Positions 63,469 to 64,000 of a DNA stretch of 64,000 nt are shown one piece after another; position 1 is the stretch's first letter, and each line of letters begins with the position of its first letter. Both the position numbers and the translations under genes were made by a program. This stretch comes from a virus. The notes below the pieces were generated by a model. That model was not told the DNA's origin and did no database searches. It saw nothing but the letters and a program-made list of their open reading frames with translations. The stretch is from IMG/VR virus record IMGVR_UViG_3300046167_000888; one strand, given 5' to 3'.

Positions 63469-64000
63469 GTGGGAAAGTCCAAGGATTAAATAGAGAATTT
63501 GAAAAGAAGGATGTTGAAAGAATGAGAAACCTCATTCAAGGAAAGTATGGAGAAAAAAATGGTACAAGTGTAGGATTCTCTACACCACATAAAGATTATG
63601 AAGAAGGAGATATTTGGGAATCTGATGGTCGTACTTGGACTATTAAAAATGGAATTAAACAAAATATTACAAAATTAGATAAAGCAAAAAAAGCACATAC
63701 AATGCCTTTATTTTGCCCTAAGTGTGGGTCACTTATGAATAATCGTAATGATAAATCATTTTATAATATCCACAGAACTTGTTTTAAATGTGTTATTAAG
63801 AAAGAAGATGAAATGAAGAGAAATGGTACATTTGAAGCATATCGTCAAGCAATTAAAAACGATGAAATCGATCATAGAATAGAAGATTTTAAAGTTTGGA
63901 TGAAAGAAAAAGTTAGTGAGTCAAATAACCAATATGTATCAGAGGCGGGTGATGTTGAAACTTGGAGAGGTAAAGTTAACAAGGAACAATTAGATGCCAA
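63465..64000 (+). CDS. Hypothetical Zn-finger protein, truncated by window end (not in ORF track)
   Basis: MSGKVQGLNREF...EGDIWESDGRTWTIKNG...CPKC...CFKC; frame open to 64000. Confidence 0.75.
   Translation, partial: MSGKVQGLNREFEKKDVERMRNLIQGKYGEKNGTSVGFSTPHKDYEEGDIWESDGRTWTIKNGIKQNITKLDKAKKAHTMPLFCPKCGSLMNNRNDKSFYNIHRTCFKCVIKKEDEMKRNGTFEAYRQAIKNDEIDHRIEDFKVWMKEKVSESNNQYVSEAGDVETWRGKVNKEQLDA

Noticed and set aside
1-64000. Stop-codon reassignment (TAG/TGA recoding as in some large phages)
   Set aside because: ORFs up to 1869 aa are open in code 11. The breaks are frame changes rather than in-frame stops, and TAG/TGA end genes normally (8463, 8835, 14609).
1-64000. tRNA or rRNA genes
   Set aside because: No cloverleaf with a T-loop GTTCRA in the intergenic gaps and no rRNA-like sequence seen by eye; a tRNAscan-SE/Infernal run would be definitive.

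Overview
AT-rich 64-kb segment of a large lytic tailed phage with T4-like, myovirus-type architecture. The host is probably Bacteroidota/Flavobacteria: the window has Bacteroidota-type -33/-7 promoters, A-rich leaders without Shine-Dalgarno motifs, a Flavobacterium-like bS21, a BACON domain and Bacteroidota-type lipoproteins. Gene order from left to right: (1) a small glycan-modification cluster (methyltransferases, sulfotransferase-like, GT25); (2) early/middle genes (DUF932, T5orf172, bS21, SNase, HD protein); (3) a gp55-like late sigma factor; (4) baseplate genes (gp5-like, gp25, gp6, large wedge proteins); (5) a long fibre region with three collagen-like proteins and three Peptidase_S74 auto-cleaving chaperone domains; (6) a 10-gene protein-modification cassette (four GT-A-like proteins, GT25, GT9-like, two 2OG-Fe(II) oxygenases, a five-bladed propeller, TPR); (7) GIY-YIG protein, primase, Cas4-like exonuclease, a zeta-like kinase and a three-domain fusion that may be a protease-processed head polyprotein. 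Best candidate for an undescribed system: phage-encoded virion/collagen glycosylation. Peripheral virion proteins are strongly enriched in a [S/T]-G-S (more broadly [S/T]-x-S) motif that is essentially absent from the enzymes and from gp5/gp25/gp6, and collagen fibres predicted at up to about 300 nm lie beside hydroxylase and glycosyltransferase genes. About a dozen genes are split by frameshifts, mostly single-base insertions, that look like sequencing or assembly errors. All calls rest on motif recognition by eye; no database searches were run.
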